Shown here: positions 12,201 to 25,893 of the stretch, piece by piece
Layout of the letters: each line of letters starts with the position of its first letter
Position numbering within the stretch: the first letter of the stretch is position 1
NCBI GenBank assembly: GCA_973895155.1
Contig: OZ316897.1
Coordinates: 21,108,260-21,172,259 of the forward strand
Source of the DNA: Marsupella aquatica
Lineage: Eukaryota; Plantae; Marchantiophyta
Direction of reading: 5' to 3'
Length of the DNA stretch: 64,000 nt
The notes under the pieces: generated by a model
Database searches by the model: none
What the model was told of the DNA's origin: nothing
Seen by the model: the letters and a program-made list of their open reading frames with translations, nothing else
Position numbers and translations under genes: made by a program

Positions 12201-15200
12201 TCAAGAGATGGGACTAAGGGGCATTGAGCGTTGTGGACCAAATTTCCTCGAATTCTGATAATTTCTCATCAATTTAACATGATTTCGCATGTTTAACAAT
12301 GGACACATCTGATTCAAATTTTATTCAAATAATTCACTGAGTGGCATGCACACTTTGACCCATGAAGTCCGAGACAATAAGCAAAAAAGCAACTATCTGG
12401 GAGAATGTTCCAATCTAAGAATTTGCCCGACTAACCTGCAACGCGCCTTCATGAAATTCCATGTGGACTCGTCTCAGTTCTGCTTTTGGAATCTGTACAG
12501 CACCACAGCAAGCCACCAAGGTCGGGATGAAGAAGCACAACAGTCACGCAAGGTCCAAGATCAGATCCCCATAATCGGTGCTAGCGAGAGGAATTCCACA
12601 AGACTAGTAAGGTAGTCGAGCGGAAAATGTCAAGTGACGAATATTAAGACCAACAAGAAGACATTAATCTCATCTTTGAATTCGCATGAGATATGCATAC
12701 AACATGTGCTTATTGCTGTCCAGTAAAACTGCACCGACAGGCTCAGCGACTACAGCATGCGCAGACTTGTTGCCAAACGGGAATGCTGATAGAAGCTATT
12801 CCAGAAATGTCAGCAAAACAACCTTCAGTCAAAAAAGGACGGAGCAATTGGTGCACCTTGGCATGGTATGCAGCTGCTTTGACATGCCTCGAACAAAAAT
12901 ACTTTGCAAGCCGGGATGTCTCCTTTCTGGTGGGCACATAAATAATGCTTGGCCCGTCGCATAAAACAGACTCACGTGGATTTCGTGCAGAAGCCGCCGG
13001 CCCCAACTCCCTGTGATGTTTACCATGAGCACAGAAATCTTCCCACCTGGCTATGAAAATCATCAACCAACGGAGAACTCAGATAATGAAAGATCTAGTT
13101 TTGGGTTTACTGTGGGTTAGCAGAAGTGACGGCCAAACTTAACAGCAGACACCTAAAATAGACAACAATGCGTATCCTCGAAAAGTCTAGCAAAATAACT
13201 TTGAGAAGAGCGAACCTCGGAAACTATTGTCCTGACTTAAGAAAATTCTAAAAAGCTTCCTTACCATCAAAATCTCCCCCTAGTCTTTCTTCTTCGTCCT
13301 CCTCTTCAACCTCCTCCCCATCTTCAGATTCAAGGTCTTCTACTGTCAATCCTTGTTCCCCGTCAGAGGCTGAATCCTCATCACTAGAAGCAGAGTTTCT
13401 CTCCCTTACAGAAGAAGAATGAGGGGAGACCTTAGAGAAACCTCCACCTCTAGCACCAGCCTTGGATTCATCATCCTGTTTGCTTTGATGAACTGTGTCT
13501 CTAGACCAAGAGGGACTAATGCACTTGTCTTTTGTGCACAATGCCAGCTGCTTTTGTCTCCCAGTCCTCTCTTGAGTATAGTGATCGATGAGGTCACCGA
13601 AATCATTTCCAAAGGACGAGGGGTTTTTGGTCCTACTGTGATGTACCTGTCCAGTGAAACAATCGTGCTTGTTATAGAATCCTTTGTGATGATAGTATGA
13701 ACGCAATCTAAGAAGCCAGAAGACCTCCATAAATATCATGTATAATAGTTTGTTGCATTCCTATCAGTCGTGCCTTGACATATCGCATATTTAAGAATCC
13801 TAAGGCAACAAACGGGGCTATGCTGCACCAAAACCATGAAAACCCTAACGGAAGTTCATGAGGTCAATTTTGTGACGCACGTTTTCTAGTGGTAATTCCT
13901 CTAATCAATCCATATACCTTGCACCTGAGTTCTGACGTCTCAATTTGGAAACAAATTCCTTGATTGCATCCAAACAATGAGGACCCTTATAATCGTGGAT
14001 AGAGTACGTGAACAGTTCTGAATCAAACAGAGACACATTACAGGCACCTCCGGAAGTACATGATAATTACTTTTCGTTTTATGTCGCAGACATCCAGTTT
14101 ATAAACTTTGCGACCACCATCAATCTTGATGTCAGCGGCTTACAGAAAATTGCAGATTCGGTCTGAAGAAGGTTGTCAGGACAGTCTTGGGGTTTCCCTT
14201 GTCAATGCCTAGGGACACTAGTATGTCTGCTCGTACACGATGAGTTGCAGTGGCAGTAAGAGCCATAATTGGAATGGTAGACTCCATTGCACCATCTTGG
14301 ATGCGAAACTTCTGTCGGAGAACTGATAACCTCCTTCAAAACGGACACACGAGATGATGTTAACGAGATTAAGAACCTTTCAAGCGATCGATTTACATCA
14401 ATAACGGATGTGTAACATTGTTATGCAATTGACCTATTTTGTATCAAAACAATTTCACACTGACTGTTCTAGAAAATTCACTGCCTCAAAGGAATATATT
14501 GAATGCGACAATTCAATGAATAATTCACTAAGAAGCAGTAGCAATTCAGGCCTGTGCATATAATATGAATCTCCAACTGTATTGACTTCAGACACATCTT
14601 CTCTCGCCGTAATCTCACGAAGTAACATTGGCTACAGAGACACCCTAAACTACTGACCTGTAATCAGGACGAAAATCATGGCCCCACTTGGAGACGCAAT
14701 GTGCTTCATCAACAGCAAACAGAGCAATACCACGGCCCACTGCCAATTCTTGAAGAGGGGCAATTAACCTGTAAATCTTATCGGCATCCACAATTACTTT
14801 ATTACTTGAGAATCAAAGATAAACTGAGGAACTTTTACATGAAGACAGTGTTTCAATCACGACTTCTCTTCCTAATGTTATTCTCATTCATATTAGTAAG
14901 ACTAAGAATCATAGTCGCTATCTTTTAACAAACACCGTCGTTCTAATGAGAATTTAGGGGAAATAGTAGAGAGTTGACGTCAGTACCTTTGAAGTGTTTC
15001 AGGGCAGACGTAAACAATGCTGTACATGCCAGCCATTGCTTTGTCCTCCACACTCTTGTCGGGTTGTCCAGAACCAAGGAAGCAAGCAGAAACTCCCTGT
15101 TGAGCAAGTTGTAGGCACTGATCATGCATCAGACTGATCAAGGGAGACACCACGACCACTACTTTGCCAGTAATCAACGCTGGGAGTTGAAAGCACAAAG

Positions 15201-16820
15201 ACTTTCCTGCAGATAAAGCCAAGGGTGGGTAAATTCTAATATGTTATTTAATCGATTCATACACGTTGGGAATGTCGAAAATTGCAGTCTACGTGTAGAT
15301 CTCTGTCTTGCATGCTGTTAACACTACCCTTAAATAGTTACCTTAGGTTCTGTGAAAACTTTAATGATTAACAGAGTTGCACAGCTGAAGCGAATTGGAG
15401 TGACGAAATACACAGCAAATATCCAGGGATCATTTTGCAACAATGCAAGGAGTAGAGATGAAAGCATTGAGGTATTGCTTTCAAGCATAGCTATTTGCTT
15501 CAATTTGCACGAAATACTTAAATACGCCAATGGAGCTCGGGGTCCCAGACCCATCTCTAAGAACCTGCAATTTTGAAGGCAGAAAGCCCGGAATTTTGAC
15601 TGGACTAAGACCTTAGGATCCGACCATTATCAGCAAAGTATTCACAATGTACCTGAGCCTGTGGCAGCCAGAATGAAGCAGTCACGATTGGCTACCCAAG
15701 CCTCGAGGGCTTCCTTCTGGAAATCTTTCAAATACTTGTGACCAAAGTGCTTTTGCAGAGCTGCACATGCTTGAACCTCCCAATTTGTGTCTAAATAACT
15801 ATGCTTTGAAGAATGTTCTGAATTTGATTCAGTCTGCTTGGCAGTCAAACCACAATCTGGCTTTGCTACAAATCGGTTCAGAGAAGATAATTCGTGTCCC
15901 ACCCCCTTTCTAGTGGCCCTGGCTCCATCCATTACTGTGGGCCATTTTTCATGCTGAGACTCAGAATATGGTGGTTCGATACGTTTCTCAGTTGTAGTGG
16001 CACGATTCGAGGTTGACCTTCCGCGAATTGTCTCAACTCCATTCGGCTTTTCATTGGAGCCTGAGAAACAAAAAATTTCTCTTCGGCTTTGGAGGAGGGA
16101 CAATGTTGCATTACCAACAGGATCCACAGCATTGATCCCTACATCGTGCGAATCATTCCCCTTTTTCCGTTCACACCCTGCTGCGATTCGAAAGGTCCCA
16201 ATTAGTTCAGGCTCCTTTTCTGCTTTACATGAACCATTTCTGTTTAATTGCGTCTGACTGTAAGCGGGACGGGGCAAGAATGCTCGCAGAGTCTGCCCCT
16301 CTTCTTCTCTTTTGACCCGTTTGGGACCACGAGGAGGTAAATCGTCTCCAACGCCTCGAGCCTCACTTGTGGACCGGTCTCCAGCCAAAAGGCACTCCAT
16401 GGCAGCATCTAGAGAACGGAATCCCGTGCTCCCCAAGGCGTCTAAGACCGCAGACTCCTCAAACCCTATAGACAGTAAAATAGCAGCCCATTCCTCATGC
16501 TGATCGACGGAATCGCCGTTCCAGGGGTCTGGCGGGCTCTGCTTTCTGCCCATTGTCATGGAAAGCGAACGCTCTGCTGCATTATTCTTCCGGTTCGCTT
16601 GCTGCAGGGCGTGATTTCCGTTTCCAACGCCTACCTTTTCGATTTTCGTGGAGGACTTGCTTCCAGCAGTTAAGAGATGGTCCACGACAGAGTCGATCGA
16701 ATCGAATCCCATGCTGTCCAATGCGCGGGCGGATGCGACGTCGCTGAACCCCATGCCCACGAGCCGCTCGAGCCAGTCACCCCTTTGCCCGCCAGAAGGG
16801 CCATCGCGAACTTCTTTCAT
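9267..16820 (-). CDS. RECQSIM: RecQsim ATP-dependent DNA helicase. Exons approx. 16820-15653, 15206-14987, 14768-14658, 14334-14143, 13648-13265, 13031-12858, 12492-12436, 12076-11996, 11801-11738, 11341-11241, 10972-10889, 10585-10498, 10251-10162, 9956-9873, 9654-9267
   Basis: N-terminal UBA-like repeats; [84 protein letters not shown]; acidic insertion within the helicase domain; C-terminal WWRGFGR and [16 protein letters not shown] typical of plant RecQsim. Confidence 0.93.
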
Positions 16821-16896
16821 GCTCTGCTAATCCCATACAAAGCCTGAAGCTTCAATTTAAGGTAGTGCTTCCACCGAATTCCATCAGACTACTTCA

Positions 16897-16971
16897 TTCT
16901 GAGTCAGGAATCGGTGGAGGACAAGCTTACCGAATGCAGACTCCGTCGTTCTGAGTCAGGAATCGGTGGAG
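16897..16971. repeat. Direct 23-bp duplication (ttctgagtcaggaatcggtggag x2) upstream of the RecQsim ATG
   Basis: Identical copies at about 16897 and 16949. Confidence 0.8.
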
Positions 16972-18800
16972 TAGAAGCGTCGATAATATCTCGACACCAA
17001 CGAGCTCATCGCTAGTGCAGTTCTGTGATGCACGAGTGTGAACTTTCTGTTCTGTATGTCGGGACAGTGCTTTACTCTACACTACAGTTTTCAGCCCACA
17101 TTTCAAATTCCAGCCCACATCTCGAGGACTAATGATTTCAGCTACATTTCAAGGACAGCTTTTTCATGGACGGGCAGTTTCTTACAACAGTCTTGTGCAA
17201 TGGAAAATGATGTTCCCTCACTCATTGACGCCCTTACGGTTTCCAAAAAGTTTTCAGCCCCAAAGTTTGACCAACAATACATCCTTTGATATCCAACCTG
17301 GTATGATTTTCATGGGCTCTTTAGAAGCATCTTGCAATGATATTTCCAACCAGTCTAATATCTATCGTTTTCATTGAGAGAGTTATGAGTTTGTAAGCAT
17401 TGTTGAATCATTGATTGTACATACTTTTTTGCATTTTTCAGTCAACTTTGATATTCATTATCTCCCTGGATATCCATTGAATCGGATTCTTTTGGGCTCT
17501 CTTTTGAGTTCCTTAGCGGTAGCTTGAATTTTTTTTCGCATGAGCCTAAAGTAGTCTCATAAAATGAAAATTGAGATGCAAATTTCCAAAGATGGCCGTT
17601 TCATTGTCTTGCCATATTTCACTCGTTGGCCGTTCCTTGCAGGTTGGACGATGGGAGATCTACAGTTGTCAGATGAGGAACAAGCCCGAATAATAGTACT
17701 TGTACAGTGAGCATATTCTGTTGATACTCAAGCCCCCATGAACCTAAGTGTTTGACGAAAATGCCAGGATGGACCAGCGTAACCCACATCGAGTGCACAT
17801 AACTCCACTCCTTGTGCAGACATGGGTCAAAGCAGAGGTCTGAGTAGCCAGAATAAATGAGGGGCCAAGCAAGAGGTCTGGGTAGCCAGAATGATAAATT
17901 CGGTGACAAGAGCACAGATTCGTCTATGCTTCGCACATTGGCCAAAAACTTACACAGGTTCCAACTTTTAGAAGGCACAGGTAGAATGCGTCCTCGACTC
18001 AAGGTACTTAATAACACATTGATTAGAAAACAGGCATTTTTGGAACGTCCCACTGCGCAGGCTACATGGAGGTCAATGATGGCGGATTTCTTGTCCCTCA
18101 TGCCCAATCCCTTAGTGGATGAAGTTCCAACAATAAACATGCAATTCTGTGATATTTCCACTTGTAAAGACCATGAAAGGGAACCATCTGTTGTGTCTTA
18201 CAGGCTCACAATTTATTGTAGCTGAAGAGTACAACTCTGCATATGTCTAAGTTACAAAGAATACAATACGTACATAAACAAGGCTTCTCCTTGAAGAAAT
18301 GCTATATGCTCACCAAATACCATGCCAATGAATAATATCGTCTCATTACCAAAGATCTTATGACACTAGTGTGAAGTTTACACTAGTCACCCTCAAATGC
18401 AATGGCTAACCATACTGGTACAAACTATGAGGCAGTAGAGTATGCAAGGCAGTAGGGTCTGCAGGTGAACACCTACAGGCGTTTGAATACCTTGTCCAAA
18501 ATCATAATTTTATGCAATTCCGTAATGGTAACAACGAGACTATCGAGACAATGGGGAATGCTACAATTCCAACCACCAAGTATTTTCAGGTACACCCTTT
18601 GCAGCTGACATTTTGATGTTCCTATAGGCTTCACAAAACTACTCAGTCTCAATCAAGGATTATTTTCATGTTAGCCAAGTGTGACAAAACACCCGCGCGG
18701 TCAGACACACTCCCTAGGTAAAGTAATCCCAACTAGAAAATTTAGAACTAGCTTGTATTAGATTCACTCTCCCGTTAAAAGGAAAGCTTTCAAACATCTC

Positions 18801-21800
18801 CTATTCTTCGGTTTTTGGGGGACTGATAGACATATTAACAATATGAGCCGGAGAGTTTGCTGTATCACCGGGCTGAAAATTACCTGGCGGACTGTTGGGT
18901 AGAACAGGGACGTCCACACCAAGCATTTCTGTCGTAGTCTCTGAGATGACTGGATGGTTTTGGACCAAGTACGTATCTACTTGCAGTTGCTCAAAGTCCA
19001 CGGCGGTGATATAGTTAGCGTTTCGGTCCGATCCTGAACGTAAGCCCTCAGTAGGGGCTGTGGGAGTCGGTCTTTCCCTAGCAGAGAAAGCACTGGGTTC
19101 TTCCCCTGGATTTGCCACAGGGGAAGGTATTTGCACCTCTGGAGAGGTATTTTTGGTCTGTTCATCAGGCTGTGGTGCACCAACCTCTGGAAGGATTTTC
19201 TCTGGAGGCATAGCCGATATCAATTCTTGAGGAAGAGGAGCTTTTATTGAAGACTCATCTACTTTCTGGACCCGTTCAACCTCTTCTGGGTGCTCGCTTG
19301 AATTCTCTCGCCCTACTCCAATCTGCTGTAATAAACCCAAGTATCTGTGAGCCCCAAAGCAAACCAAAACACAGCCACACATTCGATCAGAATCAGGACA
19401 CCATAAATTTAAAGCAGATCACTCGCTAAAACGAGCTCCTTGAGGATAAGCAAAAGGTTCATTACTCCTGAAGCAGGCGCGGACAAAGTTTCTCGGAGCA
19501 ACAGGCCAAGTGGATGCCATGCCCTGAACAGGCAAACTGCAAGATTATCAATGATATGAATTTGTTTAGTCACAACGAGCCAGGTGGCAGCTGCAAATAC
19601 TGCCATGTATATTAAACAGACCACTCACCTAGCAGCCTCTCCTTGATAGTAATCTGCTTGTGCTTGCCAATGCTTGGCTTGGTTAATTGCTTCCTCCTTG
19701 GCAGCCAGTGCCGCAAGCTCGTTAGCTTTTATTGTTTTGATTTTTCCCTCGGCATCTGCTGCTGCCAGTCTAGCACTCTCTTCTGCTCGCACTAGTGCTC
19801 CCTCCATCATGACAATTTGTTCCCTGCCCTTTCCAAGTTCAACCCGCCATCTTTGTGCTTCTTGAAGAGCAATTTCTCTAGCTTTCAAAGCCCCAGCCAG
19901 CCTCTCATCTCCGGCTCGAACCTGTAGACATGCGACATAATCCATACATCAAGTTGAGAGGCGATACCCCAACTATTCACTTTTAACCCTTGTCAGATCT
20001 GCTTAGTAAGTCTCTTATAGCAAGATCGATCACTAGAGGACACTACCAACTGCTAACACATAGTAAAATCGACATAATGGACTCGTCGCAAATACGTCAG
20101 TAATAGATGATCCCAAAACGAGATTTACAACTGCAGGCACACGTCAATTTTGAGTCAAACTAGACGAATGACATGTCCTTCGCTCGAGAAGGTCTAGTTC
20201 CTCGAATTGAGCACGAACAGGAAATGGCAGAAACTAGCATACCTCACAGGCAGCATGGTATAACCTCTCATCAAATTCTTTTTTCAAATTTTCCAGCTCG
20301 CCTTGGGCCTGCTTCCGTCCTTTCTCCATAATGTGTGCTGCCGAAGCTGCAGCTTCAGCAGCCTCAGCCGTCTCTGACAAGCGATCTGCCATCTCCTTTA
20401 TCATGTAGTCACGAGCCCTTAGATCCCTTGCAACTTGACTCAGCTCTTCGTCCTTAACCCTAAGAGTCTCCTGGAAATAGGGACATTGTACAGCTTTGTC
20501 AAGGTACAGCAAGTAACTCATAAATGCCGGCGGGGAGTAGCTCTTACACATCAAAATGCTACACGTAGCACATTACTAATCATTTTCAGGAGAATACCTT
20601 CATGACGGTTGAAACGTCGTCTCCAGTGACATCGATCCCTGGAGAAGGAGTTGGTAGGACAGGCTTCAATGATGCTTTCAGCGACTGTTGTATTTCTTTC
20701 ATTCCCTCCCTTGCTGTAGCGTTGGCAGCTGCAACTACCGCGGCAACGGTACCAAGCTTGGCGTGCCCATTTCCACTCAGCGAGTCAACTGCTTCCCTGT
20801 GCGCCTTTAGAACCAGGGACGCTGCCCTGCATCACAATCCATTGTTCATTACTTAGACAGAGTCCTCCAATTACGCTCAACTACAAAAGGATAGAGCGGA
20901 AGACAGACTCAATACAATAACTATACCTCAAAGTTGAGACCCAAGCTCGGGCAATAGTTGGTGTCTCTGCACAAAGATAGTATTCCTTCTTCTGTGGAGT
21001 TCCAACGTCTGGAGCAGAGGGTTAAGCTTGGCACAAAAACTGACTTTCTGTGCCCTTCAGTGAGCACCCAAAACTATTCAGTTGCACAAATATGACTGCA
21101 CCCAAACGAAAGTATTCTGCTCCAATTATGCCACATTACTATGCAGGATGACTTACACACAAGAAGTAAAACTAACTGATGAAAATAGCTATGGTGAAAA
21201 TTAAGAGAATAGACAAGGCACTTTCATTTTTCAAAGATGCTCAACATGAAGACAGAGCCCCACATCGAGCAAGCAGTGCCACAGTTGACATAGCTTGACT
21301 AAAACTTGCAATTGGCACTTCTGGGTTCCATTAAAAGGATACAGAAGCAGCAGCCATCATATTTTCTGGCTCCACTGCATTAACACAAAACCCAAATGTA
21401 TGTTAAAGAAGTTCAAACATGTGAGGGATGAATCTGCCCAAAGAATATAATATGAGATGAAGAGTTTAGGGTTTATGGTTCATGTCTTCGAGACAAGGCA
21501 GGGATTTTTTTGCATGTGGTTTCTATGATTCTCTGGAGTACTATCATTGGAAGAAGGCACAAAGTCAACATCAAGTACGAGGCCATCACTTATAATCTCG
21601 ACCATATCTTGCAAAAAACTAAGGCATGTCCCCCACATCTAACGATCGAACATGACAACGCCAGCCTAGTGGGACACGCAACTCTCAGATATAGCAAGTG
21701 CATATCAATTTGACAGTGGCAAAGATGCCCACTTACTGAAAGTTAATCGGAGATAGGGTGATGGTGCTCTCGGGCTCGAAGAATATCAACCCCCTTGACG

Positions 21801-22977
21801 AAGCATCACCCTGCTGTACCCTGCATCTTGCGGAGAAAACAATCTTCAAATCATTCTAGACATGCCTTCAAATCGCGAACACTTCTAAAAAGCACTATAA
21901 AGGATTCGACACCAATTTTCCAGAATCGTGATAATGTACCTATACTCCATCTTTCCCGTTGTTGGGTCCAGCGTAAACCATCGCTGATTCCACTTGCGCA
22001 ACTGCAGCAGAGTCGAGTATCCTCAGTTCCACGCAAAATAGCATCAAAATAAATGCATATTAATCTCACAAATGCCAATTGTGAGGTAAAGTTGGAAAAA
22101 CGCATTTTCCCCAAGCTGCGTTTCTGAAAATTCCAAGCGCGGATACTCACTAAACTGCCCAAAGAGAGCTATGTGCCACGCGTCGGTCCAGAAAAGCCAG
22201 TGATCAGAGGTCAACATGCTCTGAAGCGAAATGTGACTCATCACATTGGACTCAGTACATCGGCACACCATACGATCATTGTAATTCTGACTATGCCACG
22301 TATGAGGCATAGACGGATCAAAAACCATTTTAACAGCAGTGCTTCTTCATTACAAAGGCTATCAACCTAAAGTCTTTGCAAAACATCCGATGACTGTAGC
22401 TACGGGGTACATTACAGCTCAGCGCAGTAGGCTTAAAATCACACAATATTCAATGCCACTGTCAAGGCAGTACGAAGCCCTGCTTTGTAAATAATTATGC
22501 TTTGTTATATGCTTTGTTATAAATGGAAAACGTTGCAGGGAGGCCGGGCTGGCTGTCACCGGAAGACATATCAAAACCTATACTGGTGAAGATCAACGCG
22601 CTTCACGAGTAAAAGAAGAACGAGAAATTGAGGGACGTCCCGACTAGCGAAGTCGAACTCTTCTTACAGCGCATCAGTACGGAAACACACATTAATAGAT
22701 AGAATGCTTCTCTCAGCATTCAAATCCTCTAAACTTCCCGACGGATTTTTCTTCAACATTTCGAACAGAAGGAAAAGTTATCCAAAATTCATAAATCTAA
22801 AACGGAAGTAACTTTCAAGACTAGAAGGCTTTGGAGAATCCAACGCAGGGAGACGGGGAAGCACTTACGGTCTCCGATCTCTTAAGAAGTGAACCTTCCA
22901 TGAGGCAGCTTGACGAGGCACTGGACAACCTTTTCTTGATCTTCTCCAGGCTCGTCTGCGTGTCCTCGTCCGCTTTC
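18801..22977 (-). CDS. SWAP70-like pleckstrin-homology plus coiled-coil protein (At2g30880-like). Exons approx. 22977-22869, 21998-21940, 21821-21737, 21374-21343, 21008-20928, 20827-20598, 20471-20243, 19922-19629, 19344-18801; start exon unresolved (about 23500-23760)
   Basis: Spliced translation SLEKIKKRLSS..LLKRSET|LRKWNQRWFTLDPTTGKMEY..SPINF|HGARKYDGCCF|YVGTPQKKEYYLCAETP..VLKAHREAVDSLSG..ETLRVKDEEL..LSETAEAAEAAASAAH matches recalled plant SWAP70 sequence. Confidence 0.88.
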
Positions 22978-24565
22978 TGGCCAAGCAAGTCATCCGACAC
23001 ACTTCAATGAATGAATGAGCGTGTTTTCTCTGAACTCGACGAATGTCACGCGAAACAACTGCAATTGAGCTACGTCGGAACTAGAAAACCACCTAAACCT
23101 CCCTGACGCTGCAGAATCTAAGACAACGCGAGAAATGCCATAACAAATCGATGAAATTTCCACAGATTGTTAAACTTCCGAATTCTCCATTCGATCTACA
23201 GATCACTGCGTGACCCCCAGCGTAAGCCACCTGAACAACAAAAACCATCACATCCACTTCGATCGGATCCCACTGAACACTCCCACTTCGCAACGAGCGA
23301 TTCACAACATCCACCGTTTATCCCCTTCCCCTCGCTCTCTCCCTCCCTCCCCCTCCCTCTTAATTAGACAGTCACAGTCGACCACCATCGAGAGCAGGAA
23401 GGCGAATGATCCGCAGGGGATTAATATGGAGGAAGGGGGGCATGCTGTGCATTCTTCTTGCTCGACTTCTTCTTCTTCATTATCATCATCGTCACCAACG
23501 GGTGGTGCCAATGCGAAAAATCAAACGCTAAGACCGCAACAAGGAAACCAATTCAGAAATTCATTAACGCACCAGTGCCATCGTGGGCAGTGCCGTCCGC
23601 TTCCAGACCACCGAGGAGCATCAAAAGTCAGAGCTCATCCAAAATCTCGCCCCTCCTCCGCAGCAACGCCCGCTCCATGGAATCGATGACTCCCTAGGAA
23701 ACCTGTGCGATTGTCTGTACTACTGAGTAGCAATTCTTCTCATGGCTCCGTCGCTAGCCATGCTCCGATGCTCGCGTCCTTCTGTTAGGTCAGCTTCCAA
23801 TCAGTCACCATGCGCTCTTCTTGGATCCTCTCCTCCGCTATCTCCTTTCCTCTTCTCGTGAACTCTCGACTCTGCTTTCTGTGCTTGTTCTCTAGGGAAT
23901 CCAAGACGGACACAAGTGAGATAGATTGTGTTTCATTCCATCGATCTTCCTCAAGGCATTCGTGCTTGTTGGCCGGCTTATCGTGGCTTCTCAAAGGAGA
24001 GCTCGTGACTCAAGATCTCCTCAGTAAAGGAGTGTGGGAGCCAAACATTCCAAATTCTTCTACTACGTAAGAGATGTCTGCCTACCCCTTGACATGTTGA
24101 CATGTCAGCCTAAATTTATCCTCGTGCTACTGTATTTGATATTTGTCTGACATTGTTTGATTGGTTTTTGCAATGTGTGCCTTCACCACTTTAGTCTCTC
24201 CCAAGCATGCACTCTACTTTACATTCTAAGAGCAAACCCACAGGGGCACAACATGTCATGGTCCAATAAAATATGTTGTTGCAAACTAGTCGACCACATT
24301 CAGGATCGGCCTAGGCTCGGTGATGTAGATGGCTACAGAAGGGTCTGGGCATAGTGTGGTCGACATGAAGAGGCAGGGAATTCTTCATAGTGGAAAGAGA
24401 ACTGGTGGAGACCTACATTTGGCTAGCTACATTATTAGCTATATTAGAGGCTGTATCGAAAAAAGTATAGTCGACCTGATGGGAGTGCTCCTAGAGCATC
24501 CCCCTTAGTGGACTACATAGTTGACTGTATATTGCTGCCTAAATTAGAGCAAATGAAGTACAAGT

Positions 24566-24828
24566 TTATTTTGCACCAGGACATGAGGGCAGTTCATGTA
24601 GGATGCAAAGTGAAAACTATATAGTTTATCATAGGCCTATCCAATAGGTTCTTGTCTTCACTTTGCATCCTATATCAAGTGCATTCATGTCTTTTGCACC
24701 AGGACATGAAGGCAAGTTATGTAGGATGCAAAGTGAAAACTATATAGTTCATTAAGGCCTATCGAGTAGGTTCTTGTCTTCACTCTGCATCCTATATCAA
24801 GTGCCTTCATGTCCTGGTGCAAAATAAA
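24566..24828. mobile_element. MITE-like fold-back element: tandem dimer of a ~123-bp self-complementary unit
   Basis: Outer inverted repeats tttattttgcaccaggacatga...tcatgtcctggtgcaaaataaa; each unit has taggatgcaaagtgaa paired with ttcact(t/c)tgcatccta. Confidence 0.75.
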
Positions 24829-25439
24829 GGTGGACGTTCACAATAATCAAACTTCTTTTGGTCTCATTTTCAACAAAACTTGGATGTTTGTGGTGGTGTT
24901 TCGTAGATTAAAAACCAGCTGATATCTAAGTGCAATACAACCTTGCAAGGTGTTTGCCTAAACCTTGATGTCTTTCTCTTCAATCATAGTTTCCCTTTGT
25001 ATTGTAACTGGTTATCCAGAATACTCTAGCTCCAATCTCAATCTAACTTGAACTTTGGAGGATAAATAACGTTATCTACATTTTTTGGCATGGAACATTA
25101 TCGGTAGCATTTGGTCACAAGTTTTGTTTAGACTTATACAAAAACAAGGGCCACTGTTTGTTATTTGACTTGCAAGGTTATACTGAAGCTGGTCATACAC
25201 CTGCTGTTATTTGTACGAAATATTATCGGCTGAGGTCTTTCAGGACACTTGCAGACCAGGGTTACACGGCTCATGGTTTGCTTAGCTCATGGACGTAAGC
25301 AACAGCACGCCTTTGCTACTTGTAGGGAACCTGTTCCCCTTAAAATTGAGAACTAGCTCCAACATTCAATTGCACAGTTGTCAGAAGCCAATGTTGGTTT
25401 TATATCCCTCGTTTTCAAGACTTTGGACAACAACTAACT

Positions 25440-25603
25440 GCGCTGGCCATCTAAGTTGCAGCAATGTGAGAATCATTAAGGTGCTCAAGAAGAGAACGCT
25501 GCCAAAAATCCCACAACATCGATTTAAGTCCAGAGCAGCGCTGGCCATCTACGTTGAAGCAATGTGAGAATTATTTAGGTGCTCAAGAAGAGAAGGCTGC
25601 CAA
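25440..25603. repeat. Direct duplication (~65-bp unit, period ~98 bp) downstream of SmG
   Basis: gcgctggccatcta..gcaatgtgagaat..aggtgctcaagaagagaa.gctgccaa occurs twice. Confidence 0.75.
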
Positions 25604-25893
25604 GGCCAAGCTCAATCACAGGTAAACTCTGATAATATATTTTCTTTTCGTAACGAACAAAATTTACAGAAGCAGCCTTTCAAAGGTGCAGGTTCTCTTG
25701 TCACCGTACTATGTCTGTTGAGCTTAGAGATTGGTGCTTGCTGCTTGGGAGCAACTGGAGCACCCTGGCTGTCGAATTCCCGAAACTCATGGCCAAAGAA
25801 TGACACCGCGTACTAAGATGTAACTCCTGATCACGAGATAGGAGGCCTGCTTCGCCTCACATGGGTGGGGAATCCCAGTTCTCATGCCAAATC

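Noticed and set aside
17619-18225. Overlapping 180-aa and 122-aa ORFs
   Set aside because: No recognisable motif; lies between the SWAP70-like 3' end and the RecQsim promoter; probably non-coding
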